Shown: one piece after another, positions 35,465-44,141 of the stretch
Layout: each line of letters begins with the position of its first letter
How positions within the stretch are numbered: position 1 is the stretch's first letter
Assembly (NCBI GenBank): GCA_038230375.1
Contig: JBBRNJ010000069.1
Coordinates: 1-46,739, forward strand
Length of the DNA stretch: 46,739 nt
Origin: Polyangiales bacterium
GTDB taxonomy: Bacteria; Myxococcota_A; Polyangia; Polyangiales; Polyangiaceae
Direction of reading: 5' to 3'
Made by a program: the position numbers and the translations under genes
Notes under the pieces: generated by a model
What the model saw: the letters and a program-made list of their open reading frames with translations, nothing else
What the model was told of the DNA's origin: nothing
Databases searched by the model: none

Positions 35465-36730
35465 TCAGACGTCGGTCCAGCGAATGACGTCGACCTGCGC
35501 GCCGACGTCCCATGTGCCCGATCCCGGCGCCAGCAGCGCCAGGCCATCCGAGTCCGCCAGCGCCGTTGCCGCGCCGGAAGCCTGGTTGTCATGCGGCATT
35601 GCGCAGAGGTGGGCGCCCTGTCGCGTGATGCGCACGCGCGCGATCTCCAGGCGCTCCGTGACGCGCGGACGCGCCTTCCCCAGCTGCGCGGGCAGCACGA
35701 ACGGCAGCGGCGAGGCGTCGCGCTGCATGGCGCGGAGCAGCGGAACACCGAAGAGCGCAAACGTCACGATGGCGCTGGCCGGATTTCCCGGCAGCCCCAG
35801 CACGTGCGCGGTCGCGCCGTGGCCCACGACCAGCGGCTTGCCCGGCTTGATGGCGACCTTCCAGAAATCCAGCTTCACGCCGGCGCGCTCCAGCGCAGGC
35901 TTCACGTGATCGTGATCGCCCACGCTCACACCGCCCACCGTCACCAGCAGATCGCACGAGGACATGGCCTCCGCGATCGCGTGCTCGATCTCTTGCGGGT
36001 CGTCGCGCACCACGGGCGCGATCGTCACGTCCGCACCTGCGGAGAGCGCGAGCTGCGCCACCGCGGGGCTGTTGGACTCCGGAATGCTGCCGAACGCGTC
36101 GGCCGAGCCCGGCGCGCGAAGCTCGTCACCAGTGGACAGGATGATCACGCGCGGGCGCCGCGATACGGTGAGCTCCGCCTGGTCCAGCATCGCCGCGAGC
36201 GCCAGCGCACCCGCGGATAGCCGCAGCCCGGACGACAGCGCCTTCTCTCCAAGCTTCATGTCCTCTCCCAGGCGCCGCACGTGCTGCCAGGGTTTGGGCC
36301 GCGCCTCGAAGAAGATGCCTTCGCCTTCGCGGCGCACGTTCTCCTGCATGATCACCGCGTCCGCGCGCACCGGAATGGGCGCGCCGGTGAAGATCCGACA
36401 TGCGCTACGCGGCGCGAGAACGCCGGTGTCTCCGCCAGCGCGGCTCTCACCGGACACGTGCAGCGAGAACTGCTCCTTCGCAGGAAAATCCGCGTCCGCC
36501 TCGGGCAGGTCGGACGTGGCGACGGCGTAGCCGTCCATCGCACTCGCGTCGAAGCGTGGGAGCGACGCGCGCGCCAGGACGTCGCGTCGCAGGACCCGAC
36601 CGCCGGCCGACGCGACGCTCGCCATCTCCGTCCCAACGTCACGGGCCGCTGCGATCACGCGCGCCCTTGCCTCACCGAATTCCAGGAGATCCGCCACGGC
36701 AAGGAAAGTTACCACCGTTTTGAAACTCAT
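35465..36730 (-). CDS. moeA: Molybdopterin molybdotransferase MoeA
   Basis: PRFDASAMDGYA, RIFTGAPIP..ADAVIMQE, ILSTGDEL, ESNS, GGVSVGDHDHV, IKPGKP, GLPGNPAS. Confidence 0.95.
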   Translation of the reverse strand: MSFKTVVTFLAVADLLEFGEARARVIAAARDVGTEMASVASAGGRVLRRDVLARASLPRFDASAMDGYAVATSDLPEADADFPAKEQFSLHVSGESRAGGDTGVLAPRSACRIFTGAPIPVRADAVIMQENVRREGEGIFFEARPKPWQHVRRLGEDMKLGEKALSSGLRLSAGALALAAMLDQAELTVSRRPRVIILSTGDELRAPGSADAFGSIPESNSPAVAQLALSAGADVTIAPVVRDDPQEIEHAIAEAMSSCDLLVTVGGVSVGDHDHVKPALERAGVKLDFWKVAIKPGKPLVVGHGATAHVLGLPGNPASAIVTFALFGVPLLRAMQRDASPLPFVLPAQLGKARPRVTERLEIARVRITRQGAHLCAMPHDNQASGAATALADSDGLALLAPGSGTWDVGAQVDVIRWTDV

Positions 36731-36811
36731 CGACGGCTCACACACATCTCCAAACGGGGGACACGGACAGCTGAGGCGACGCGCCAAGAACCCAGGTATA
36801 CCGGTAGAGCC

Positions 36812-39289
36812 ATGACACAAGCGCTCGACCCCAAGAACCTCCCGGCCAGTGATGAACGCACCAAGCTCAAGATGGAGCTCTCCGAGAAGGCGCGCGTCGC
36901 CGTGACGCAGAACCAGCCACTCGTGGCGTCGCTACACATCTCGGATGCGCTGATGCTGTTCCCGAACGATCGCTCGCTCCTGGATCAGTTCGACGAGATC
37001 GTCTTCGCATCGCAGGATCCCCTCGCGCTCTTCCCCGTTGCCACGGGTGCCATTCATGTGGCGACGGCCGCTGGGCGCGCGCGCGTGCTGATGATCCAGA
37101 AGCGGTTGCCCGAAGCGGTGGAGCTGCTCGGCCGCGTTCTTGATGTTGCTCCGGAGCTCGAGTACCTGGACTGGCTGCATCGCTGGCTCCAGCCGCACGT
37201 GCTCCAGCCGCTTGGCTGGGACCTGCTCATGGGCTCCGTCATCAAGCCCACGCTGGAGATGACGCTCGACGTGCCGGTGCCCGCGGATCCGCAGGACCCA
37301 CGCATGCCGAACCTGCGCGCGGCGAACGAGATCTTCACCGTGATGCTGCCCGCGTTCCCGAACGAGAAGGTGCTCTACGTGGGCGCGTGCATGGTGCGCC
37401 GCCGCCTGGGCGACACGGCCGCAACTCTTGCAGTCGCGGAAGAGGGCGTACGTCGCTTCCCGGACGACTGGAGTCTTCGCACCGCCCTGCTGAACGCGCT
37501 GCGCGACGCGAAGCGCCCCGATGAGGCATACCAGCAGGCCCAGTTCGCAATGCGCATCGACGCGCAGGACTTCTCGCCGCTCCACGACGCGGCATGGGGC
37601 TACATCACAGCGGGCCGCTTTGACCAGGCAGCGAACCTGTTCCAGCAGCTCGTACAGCAGGACGCGGACTACCCCACCGGCAAGGCATGCTTGCACTATG
37701 CACGCATCAAGGCGTGGAACACACCGGAGGATCGCATGGCGCTCCTGGCCCTGCGTGAGCGGCAGTACTGGGACTCCGCGATCGCGCGGATGGCAAACGA
37801 GATCGACCCGCCGCTGGAGTACATCACGTACCTGCCGGGCCCGGGTGATGCGTCCGCGAGCTACGCGCGCGAGATGGTGTCGGAGCTGCACCACGTGATG
37901 GAGTGCTGCGGCCAGGGCGCGAACATCAGCGTCACGATCCGCTCCGAGTACCCCGAGTCGCCGAGCGCGCGGCTCGCTTTCGACGTCGCGATGCGCAGCG
38001 TGGGCGCCGCGCACGCCACCATGAACGTCGAGGTCGAGAAGACGCCACAGCCCGATCCGCGCTCGAACAAGGGCCGCGTCGATCTCCCCGTCTGGAACTT
38101 CCAGAATGGGCAGCTCGCGCCCATGTTCCAGTTCGGCGATCAGAACGCGCAGCGCGCCGTCGGCGGCATCGCGTACCAGCTGTTCCGCAAGGACGTGTGG
38201 GATCCCGCCGCGCGCGCGGTGGCCACGAGCGCAGGCCCGCAGGCCGTCCAGGCGTTCATGAGCGTGTTCACGAACCCGCCGCCGCCCCCCGCAGACTTCG
38301 ACGGCGTGACGTGGACCTTCCGCTGCCAGGTGGCAGCCGCGGTGATCGTGAGCCACATGGGACCATGGGAGGGCGGTCCTGCGCGCCCCGCGCTCTACTC
38401 GCTGGTGTCCGGCCCGAGCGACTGGACGACGATCGCGGGCATCATCGCGCTCTCGTTCCGCGCAGGCGACTCGCCGCAGGTCCGCGGTGAGGTGGAGGGC
38501 ATGTACAAGTGGCTGCGCTCGCTCATCGCGCCCGTGGGCTTCACGCCGTGGGAGTCCGCGCTCGTCGATTGCTGGCTCTCGCTCGGCAATCATCCGGAGC
38601 CGTTCAAGGCGGAGCTCCTTGCCTGGCAGAAGCAGTACGAGGACACGGTCGAGAGCAAGAACTCGGTGCAGACGCAGCGCCGCTACGGCGGACTCACCCT
38701 GGAGCAGTACGCGGAGTTCTCGTCGCAGCGCGACAAGCTGATGGGCACCATCGCGTACGGAGGCGCAGGCGCGGCATTCATGGGGGCAGTCGCGCCGTCG
38801 CAGCAGGTCCAGGCGCTCTGCCAGAAGTTCGGCGTGAACCCGCACAAGCCGTTCGTGGACGAGTGGCAAGAGGCGCTCAACGCAAGCCCCGGGCTCATGG
38901 ACGACTTCCTGGACGCGAGGAAGACCTACGAGCTCGAGCAGATGGGCGTGAACAAGGAAGAGAAGGCCGCGCTCGACAACATCGTGTCGGGCAACATGGA
39001 CATGCATCAGCGCATGGCGCAGGCCCAGGAAGCGCAGCGCGCGGTGGCGCAGGGCTCACCCGCCGATCAAGATCCCGATCCGGTCGTGTTCCCCGGCCAG
39101 CGGGTCGCGCGCTTGTCCGACTACGTAGGCATCATGAAGGGCATGCAGCGGGGCGACATGATGGGCGCGCTCGGAAGGTACGGCCTGGACATGATGAGCT
39201 ACGGCCAGGTGGCAACGGCGTGGGGCGCGAAGATGGCGGCGGATCCCACCCTCACTGAGAAGTTCTCGAAAATGATGGCGGCCCCGTAG
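36812..39289 (+). CDS. Large TPR-containing protein with repeated C-terminal helical modules
   Basis: ATG 36812; TPR-like helices (AVELLGRVLDVAP, AEEGVRRFPDD, FDQAANLFQQLVQQDAD); C-terminal GLTLEQYA.../RLSDYVG...YGLD...W modules. Confidence 0.8.
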   Translation: MTQALDPKNLPASDERTKLKMELSEKARVAVTQNQPLVASLHISDALMLFPNDRSLLDQFDEIVFASQDPLALFPVATGAIHVATAAGRARVLMIQKRLPEAVELLGRVLDVAPELEYLDWLHRWLQPHVLQPLGWDLLMGSVIKPTLEMTLDVPVPADPQDPRMPNLRAANEIFTVMLPAFPNEKVLYVGACMVRRRLGDTAATLAVAEEGVRRFPDDWSLRTALLNALRDAKRPDEAYQQAQFAMRIDAQDFSPLHDAAWGYITAGRFDQAANLFQQLVQQDADYPTGKACLHYARIKAWNTPEDRMALLALRERQYWDSAIARMANEIDPPLEYITYLPGPGDASASYAREMVSELHHVMECCGQGANISVTIRSEYPESPSARLAFDVAMRSVGAAHATMNVEVEKTPQPDPRSNKGRVDLPVWNFQNGQLAPMFQFGDQNAQRAVGGIAYQLFRKDVWDPAARAVATSAGPQAVQAFMSVFTNPPPPPADFDGVTWTFRCQVAAAVIVSHMGPWEGGPARPALYSLVSGPSDWTTIAGIIALSFRAGDSPQVRGEVEGMYKWLRSLIAPVGFTPWESALVDCWLSLGNHPEPFKAELLAWQKQYEDTVESKNSVQTQRRYGGLTLEQYAEFSSQRDKLMGTIAYGGAGAAFMGAVAPSQQVQALCQKFGVNPHKPFVDEWQEALNASPGLMDDFLDARKTYELEQMGVNKEEKAALDNIVSGNMDMHQRMAQAQEAQRAVAQGSPADQDPDPVVFPGQRVARLSDYVGIMKGMQRGDMMGALGRYGLDMMSYGQVATAWGAKMAADPTLTEKFSKMMAAP

Positions 39290-39296
39290 ACGCCTC

Positions 39297-40046
39297 TCAC
39301 TCACATGCGAGGCCGTGGAGGATCTCGCCGGTCGAGGGGCGCGGAACGCTTGCCGTGCGGGCGCCCGTCTTCGCATCGAACACGAAGATGCCGCCATCCG
39401 TGTACCAGGGGATGATCGCAAGGCGGTCGCTCTTCACGGCCGAGAGCCCGATGATGCTTCCCGCATAGCCCTGGAGCTTGAGCGCGCTGGTCTGCGCACC
39501 CGTCTCGCGAGACACGCGCATGACGGTGTCTGTCTGGAATGCCGACGCGAGAAGTCCATCCGCGGTTGGTGCAAGGCGGCTCGCGCTCGGTGCGCTGGTC
39601 ACGGCGATCGGGCTGTGGGCGGTGACATCCGCGAACGATCCGTAGCGCGCGAGCTTGCCGGCAGCGAGGACCCAGACGGTGCTCGCATCAGCGGAGACCA
39701 CGTCGCAGGCGACATCCGACGTGTCCACCGCGCCGCTGGCGATGTCGATGAGCACGACGGTGTTCGCGCACGTCAGGATCGTTGCGCCCTGCACGCCGAT
39801 CGAAGATGCATCCGCTACGACGTCCGCGGAGACCTCAGCACCGATGTCCACGACACCGGACGGAAGGTGCACGCGCGCGACGTGCTCCTTCACACCACGA
39901 GACGCGAACGAGGTACACACGACGTCGTCCGTGTTGGTGCCAGTGTCGGTGGGCGGCGCAGGTGCCACGTGCTCCCCCGGACCTCCGCCGCCGCACGCGA
40001 CCGCACTGAGGGCGAGGAGAAGGCCAAGGCGAGGGGCGCAGGTCAC
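39297..40046 (-). CDS. Lipoprotein, possible beta-propeller
   Basis: GLLLALSAVAC lipobox; strand-like repeats LIDIASGAV, RVSRETGAQ, VFDAKTGAR. Confidence 0.7.
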   Translation of the reverse strand: MTCAPRLGLLLALSAVACGGGGPGEHVAPAPPTDTGTNTDDVVCTSFASRGVKEHVARVHLPSGVVDIGAEVSADVVADASSIGVQGATILTCANTVVLIDIASGAVDTSDVACDVVSADASTVWVLAAGKLARYGSFADVTAHSPIAVTSAPSASRLAPTADGLLASAFQTDTVMRVSRETGAQTSALKLQGYAGSIIGLSAVKSDRLAIIPWYTDGGIFVFDAKTGARTASVPRPSTGEILHGLACE

Positions 40047-40208
40047 CCCCCTCGGTCAGCAAGCTTCGTACCCAGCTTTTCGGAGCGGGTGGCGCCGCGT
40101 TTCGGCGCGATTCGGCCCGTTGCGTGAGGGGGCTTGCCCACGATGGATCGGGGCGCGGGGCCACGGTGGATCCACTCCGTGGCGGGCTCGCCAACTTCTA
40201 TCGGTGGT

Positions 40209-40865
40209 TCACGGCGGACACGCTTCGGGGAAAGGGGGCGCGCGCCGTGGCTCCTGGCTACGGATGGCGTCGCAGGTTCCCGTGCAGCCCATCGGCGGCG
40301 GTGGTGGCGGCCCGCCCATGCACGTGATCCACTTCGGGTCCATCGGATCGCCGTGCTTGGGACCGGCGTCCTCCATGGGGCATGTGTTGGGGAGTACCCA
40401 GCAGACCCCACCGATGGCCTCACGGGGGCCGTCGCACTTCGCGTCTGGCTGCGGAAAGAGCTTCGCGCAGTACGCGCCGACAAGGGCGCACTTCGTGGGG
40501 CCGCCGCACTCGGCCGCTGCGCTCGTGCACTGCCCCGGGACCGACGCGGTCTCGCCGCGCTGTCGGCGCAGGCAATCGTTCCAGAAGGTCACGCCGTCGC
40601 ACGCGCACGTCTCCGCGCGCATGTCTTCGCAGAACGTGGGCCGTACCTGGCACACGCCCGTGGCGGCGCCGCACGAGTCGCGCTCACAGAAGGAGGAGAG
40701 CCCACACTCCTCGTTGGTGGTGCATGACTTGCCGAACGGCTTCGAATCGCCGCCGTCCAGGCCGTGCACGTCCGCGACCACGACGTCCTGCGGCGCGCAG
40801 CACACGAGCGCGAGGATCAGCGCAACGCCAGTCGACGACAGCCCAACGGCGCGGCCGGGGCTCAT
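40209..40865 (-). CDS. Cys-rich exported protein/lipoprotein
   Basis: VALILALVCC signal; about 20 Cys (CTTNEECGLSSFC...C....GVC; CACDGVTFWNDC, Kazal-like). Overlaps the upstream gene by 4 bp. Confidence 0.78.
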   Translation of the reverse strand: MSPGRAVGLSSTGVALILALVCCAPQDVVVADVHGLDGGDSKPFGKSCTTNEECGLSSFCERDSCGAATGVCQVRPTFCEDMRAETCACDGVTFWNDCLRRQRGETASVPGQCTSAAAECGGPTKCALVGAYCAKLFPQPDAKCDGPREAIGGVCWVLPNTCPMEDAGPKHGDPMDPKWITCMGGPPPPPPMGCTGTCDAIRSQEPRRAPPFPEACPP

Positions 40866-42079
40866 CTGGCCGGCTCCTCTCCGCTCGCGCGGCCCGCAAC
40901 GGTGAAGTCGAACCCGAGCGAGAGCGCAGGCCGAACACGCGACGGCAGGAACGCGATCTCCGAGATGTTCGGGCCGTCGTGCACGACGTACCTGTGCGGC
41001 TTCAGATCCACGTCCAGACCGAAGTCGAGGAACATCTCTGCGCCGCGCGTCACTGCGTATCGCGCGCCGAGGACGCCGCCGAGCACCGGTGACACGTCCG
41101 TCGTACCGGCGTTGACGTGATCGTCGGGGACCGTGAGTCCCTGCGGCGTGATGAAGAACACGTCCGCGCCGGCGGAAGGCCCGAGCGACATCACGAAGCG
41201 AGGCGTGATCTCGTACTCCGCGGCGCCCGAGACGCGCAGCGCCAGCGCGCTCGCACGCACCTTCACCTCGCTGCCCGACGCCTCGAACGGCACGTGATAG
41301 GCGCCCGACAGAGCGATCGCCGGGTGCAGTGCGCCGCGGCCCAGGCGCAGCATGCCCTTGCCACCGCCTCCGACGACCACGCTCGAGTCACCACCGAAGC
41401 CACGGCCCACGAAGAATGCACCGATGTCCACGCCGTACCGCGATGCGCCCTCCACCTTCGCGGAGTCGTGCTCCGGACCAGTGACAGGCTGCGTGGTGGA
41501 CGCGCTGGGCGCTGCGCTCGCGGACGGTGCGGGCGAAGGAGGTGCGGACAGAGCGGAAGACGGGGACGGGGACGGAGCTGCGGACGCGCTCACGCTCGCA
41601 GGCGGCGGAGGCGTGATGGATGCGCTCGGTGGTGGCGGCGCCTCTGCGACCAGATCCTCCACCGAGGCCTGGATGATGTGCGCGAGCTCCTCGGTGGCGA
41701 TATCCGACTTCGCGCCACGAGCGACAGAGCGACGCGCCACGATTCGACCGCTCGACCCTTCCACAAGGACCAACGTGGCGCGCTGGGGGTCCGCGAGGTC
41801 GACCCATGCGGTGGCAAACGTCCCCGGCGTCTTCACCGAGAGCGCACCGTCGAAGATGTCGACACGCTCGACGCGGGCAATGTCCAGGCGCGCGCCGATG
41901 CGCGACAGCAGCTCCGAGAGCGAGCTCGTGAGCCCGTTCGCATCCTTGTCGCTTCCCGCAATCACGACCCGCACGACGTGAGGATTCGTCACCACGGCGT
42001 CGCCGAAGGCAGCCCTGGGCAGCACCCACGCGGGCACCGCGACTGCAGCAAGGACGACGCAGGCGAAGCGAAGTTTCAC
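40862..42079 (-). CDS. Exported protein with Pro/Ser linker and probable C-terminal outer-membrane beta-barrel
   Basis: Signal peptide, N-terminal alpha/beta domain, PSA-rich linker, then alternating amphipathic strands (YGVDIGAFF, LGPSAGADVFF, LGARY, LSLGFDF). Confidence 0.72.
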   Translation of the reverse strand: MKLRFACVVLAAVAVPAWVLPRAAFGDAVVTNPHVVRVVIAGSDKDANGLTSSLSELLSRIGARLDIARVERVDIFDGALSVKTPGTFATAWVDLADPQRATLVLVEGSSGRIVARRSVARGAKSDIATEELAHIIQASVEDLVAEAPPPPSASITPPPPASVSASAAPSPSPSSALSAPPSPAPSASAAPSASTTQPVTGPEHDSAKVEGASRYGVDIGAFFVGRGFGGDSSVVVGGGGKGMLRLGRGALHPAIALSGAYHVPFEASGSEVKVRASALALRVSGAAEYEITPRFVMSLGPSAGADVFFITPQGLTVPDDHVNAGTTDVSPVLGGVLGARYAVTRGAEMFLDFGLDVDLKPHRYVVHDGPNISEIAFLPSRVRPALSLGFDFTVAGRASGEEPAR

Positions 42080-42102
42080 GCCTTCCTTCTACTCGCCCGT
42101 GC

Positions 42103-43440
42103 TCAACGCGACGAGAGCTCCTTGATGCGCGCCTCGGCGTGCCCGGTGTGAACCGACTGCGGATAGCTGGCGACGAGCTTCTCCCAGGCCTCGCGCTCGA
42201 GGTCCGCGCGTCCAAGCCGCTCGTAGGCCCGCGCGCGACCGAACATGGCCTCCTCGCGGAGTGAGCCGCCGCCCTCGTCCAGATACTTGTCGAAGAGCGG
42301 CAGAGCGCCCTGTGCGTCGCCGTCGTCCAGGAGCATGCGGGCCATCGCGATGCGCGCGGCAGCGGCCTCGGGCGCGGTGCCATGCCGTGCGAGGAGATCC
42401 TGATAGAGCTTCGCGGCGGCGGCGTGATCACCGCGACGACGGGCGTCGTTGGCGGACGAGAACAGGATGCCTGCGGAGCTAGGCGCTGCACTCGAAGCAG
42501 CAGCAGGGGCCGCGAACGTGGTCGGAGCCGACGACGCTGCGTGCGACGCGTTTCCGAGCGCGTTTGTCGGCACGAACGTCGGAGCAGGACGCTGCGGCAC
42601 GGGCGCGCAAGCGGTCGGCGCGGGCAGGGCAAGCGTGATCGCCGACGCGACGGGCGCGACGGGCGCGACGGGCTCTGGCGGCAGGGCAGTGTGCTGGATT
42701 TCGTCCGCGTTGTTCGTGTCGTTGTTCGTGTCGTTGTTCGTGTCGTTTACCACCTGCTCGTTCGGAGCAGAAGGACGCGACGGTCCCTTCTTGCTGACGT
42801 GCTTCGGCTTCGGCGCGACGGGCTCCGCAGGCGCTGGGGACTCTTCCACCTGCTGCGTCGGTGTGAAGATCGCAGCCCACACGCGGGTGCCGCGCGCCGC
42901 GACCGCCACGCTCGCCATCATGAGCACCGCGGCAGCCGCGATCAGCGCGATGCCGACCCTACGGCGCGAACGCCAGGTCGGACGCAGCGTGATCACCTTC
43001 TTCTCGAAGCGCACAAGCGCCGCTTCTTCCTCTTCTGCCTCGCGACTGGGGAGCGGCGCGTCCAGGTCGTCGCCGAGCTCTGCGTGGAAATCCAGCTGCG
43101 CCTGGCGCAACAGACGGCATGGCGCGCACGCGGACAGGTGCGCGTCGAGCTGCGCGCGCTCTGCCGCGGTCAGCTCCTCTTCGTTCTCTTCGCGCTCGAG
43201 CAGATCCTCGGGGTGAAGCTCCGCGTCGAGTGCTTTCGAGAGCATCGCGGCGGTCCGCTCGGAGGCGTGCCCCGCCACGCCCATGCTCGCAAGCTCCGCG
43301 GCAAAGTCCTGCTCTGCGGCGACCAGCAGGCGGCACGCCGCGCACTGCGCGAGATGGGCAAGGAGCAGCGCGTGCTCGCTGGGCGAGAGCTCCTCCGGGT
43401 CGCGGTCGAGCAGGTCCTCGGGGTGAAGAAGGCTGCTCAT
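42103..43440 (-). CDS. Anti-sigma factor with duplicated zf-HC zinc finger, TM helix and C-terminal TPR
   Basis: LHPEDLL...AHLAQCAACR and LHPEDLL...AHLSACAPCR (two HxxxCxxC), TM helix, Pro-rich linker, TPR (AAAKLYQDLL...ALPLFDKYL...REEAMFGRARAY). Confidence 0.85.
   Translation of the reverse strand: MSSLLHPEDLLDRDPEELSPSEHALLLAHLAQCAACRLLVAAEQDFAAELASMGVAGHASERTAAMLSKALDAELHPEDLLEREENEEELTAAERAQLDAHLSACAPCRLLRQAQLDFHAELGDDLDAPLPSREAEEEEAALVRFEKKVITLRPTWRSRRRVGIALIAAAAVLMMASVAVAARGTRVWAAIFTPTQQVEESPAPAEPVAPKPKHVSKKGPSRPSAPNEQVVNDTNNDTNNDTNNADEIQHTALPPEPVAPVAPVASAITLALPAPTACAPVPQRPAPTFVPTNALGNASHAASSAPTTFAAPAAASSAAPSSAGILFSSANDARRRGDHAAAAKLYQDLLARHGTAPEAAAARIAMARMLLDDGDAQGALPLFDKYLDEGGGSLREEAMFGRARAYERLGRADLEREAWEKLVASYPQSVHTGHAEARIKELSSR
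42709..42747 (-). repeat. 12-nt tandem repeat x3 encoding NDTN in the anti-sigma linker
   Basis: gttgttcgtgtc x3 (42709-42744) plus a partial unit. Confidence 0.85.
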
Positions 43441-44105
43441 GCATCCACTCCGAGCTCTTCGGCCAGGCGCGGGTTCTGCTCGATGCGGCGGCGCAGCGCT
43501 TCCTTCGCGAGACGCAGGCGGCTGCGCACCGTGTTCACCGGCACGCCCGTGGCCTTCGCGACGTCACCGAGCGACCAGCCCAGCACGAAGCGCAGCGCGA
43601 TGGACTCCGCCTGCTCGTCCGGGATGTCGTTCAGGAGGTCGAGCACCATCTTCTTGCGGCGTGCCGCGCGGAGCTGCTCGGAGGGTTGCGCGCCATTCGA
43701 CTCGAGGGTCTCGAGATCGATCTCACCGTCCTGGCGCTGATGCTGCACGCGGGTGCGCTTGCGAGCGGCAACGGCGGTGCGCACGGCGATGCGGGACGCG
43801 AAATGCACGGGCTCGCACTCGCCACGGAACGAAGGGAGCGCCTGGACGAACGCAATGAGTGACTGCTGCACGACGTCCTCGACGTCCGGAGAGCCATAGC
43901 CAAGAACCACCTGCACCGACCGCGACATACGCGGTGTCACCTGCTCGAGAAGGTCCCGGGTCGCGCGCATGTCGCCAGCAGCCGCCACCTTGGCGAGCTT
44001 CAGCTGGGGGCTCTCGACCCGCGGGACCTGGAATTCTTCAGCAGTATCGTTCACGTTTTGTCCTCTCGGCTCGCTGCGGGGGCGCCGATCTGGCGGCTCA
44101 CCCAT
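43437..44105 (-). CDS. ECF RNA polymerase sigma factor
   Basis: Region 2 (DVEDVVQQSLI...LPSFRGE...IAVRTA) and region 4 (LNDIPDEQ...GWSLGDVA..TGVPVNTVRSRLRLAK). Overlaps the anti-sigma gene by 4 bp. Confidence 0.92.
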   Translation of the reverse strand: MGEPPDRRPRSEPRGQNVNDTAEEFQVPRVESPQLKLAKVAAAGDMRATRDLLEQVTPRMSRSVQVVLGYGSPDVEDVVQQSLIAFVQALPSFRGECEPVHFASRIAVRTAVAARKRTRVQHQRQDGEIDLETLESNGAQPSEQLRAARRKKMVLDLLNDIPDEQAESIALRFVLGWSLGDVAKATGVPVNTVRSRLRLAKEALRRRIEQNPRLAEELGVDA

Positions 44106-44141
44106 GAGGAGTGTCGGCCGCGTTCAAATGTGATCACAATT

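Noticed and set aside
25452..36730. mobA and moeA as one molybdenum-cofactor operon
   Set aside because: They are about 9.4 kb apart on opposite strands with unrelated genes between.
23492..39007. Long antisense ORFs (e.g. 23492..25588, 28830..30311, 30388..32001, 36932..39007)
   Set aside because: Shadow frames of well-supported genes in high-GC DNA; Arg/His/Ala-rich with no motifs.
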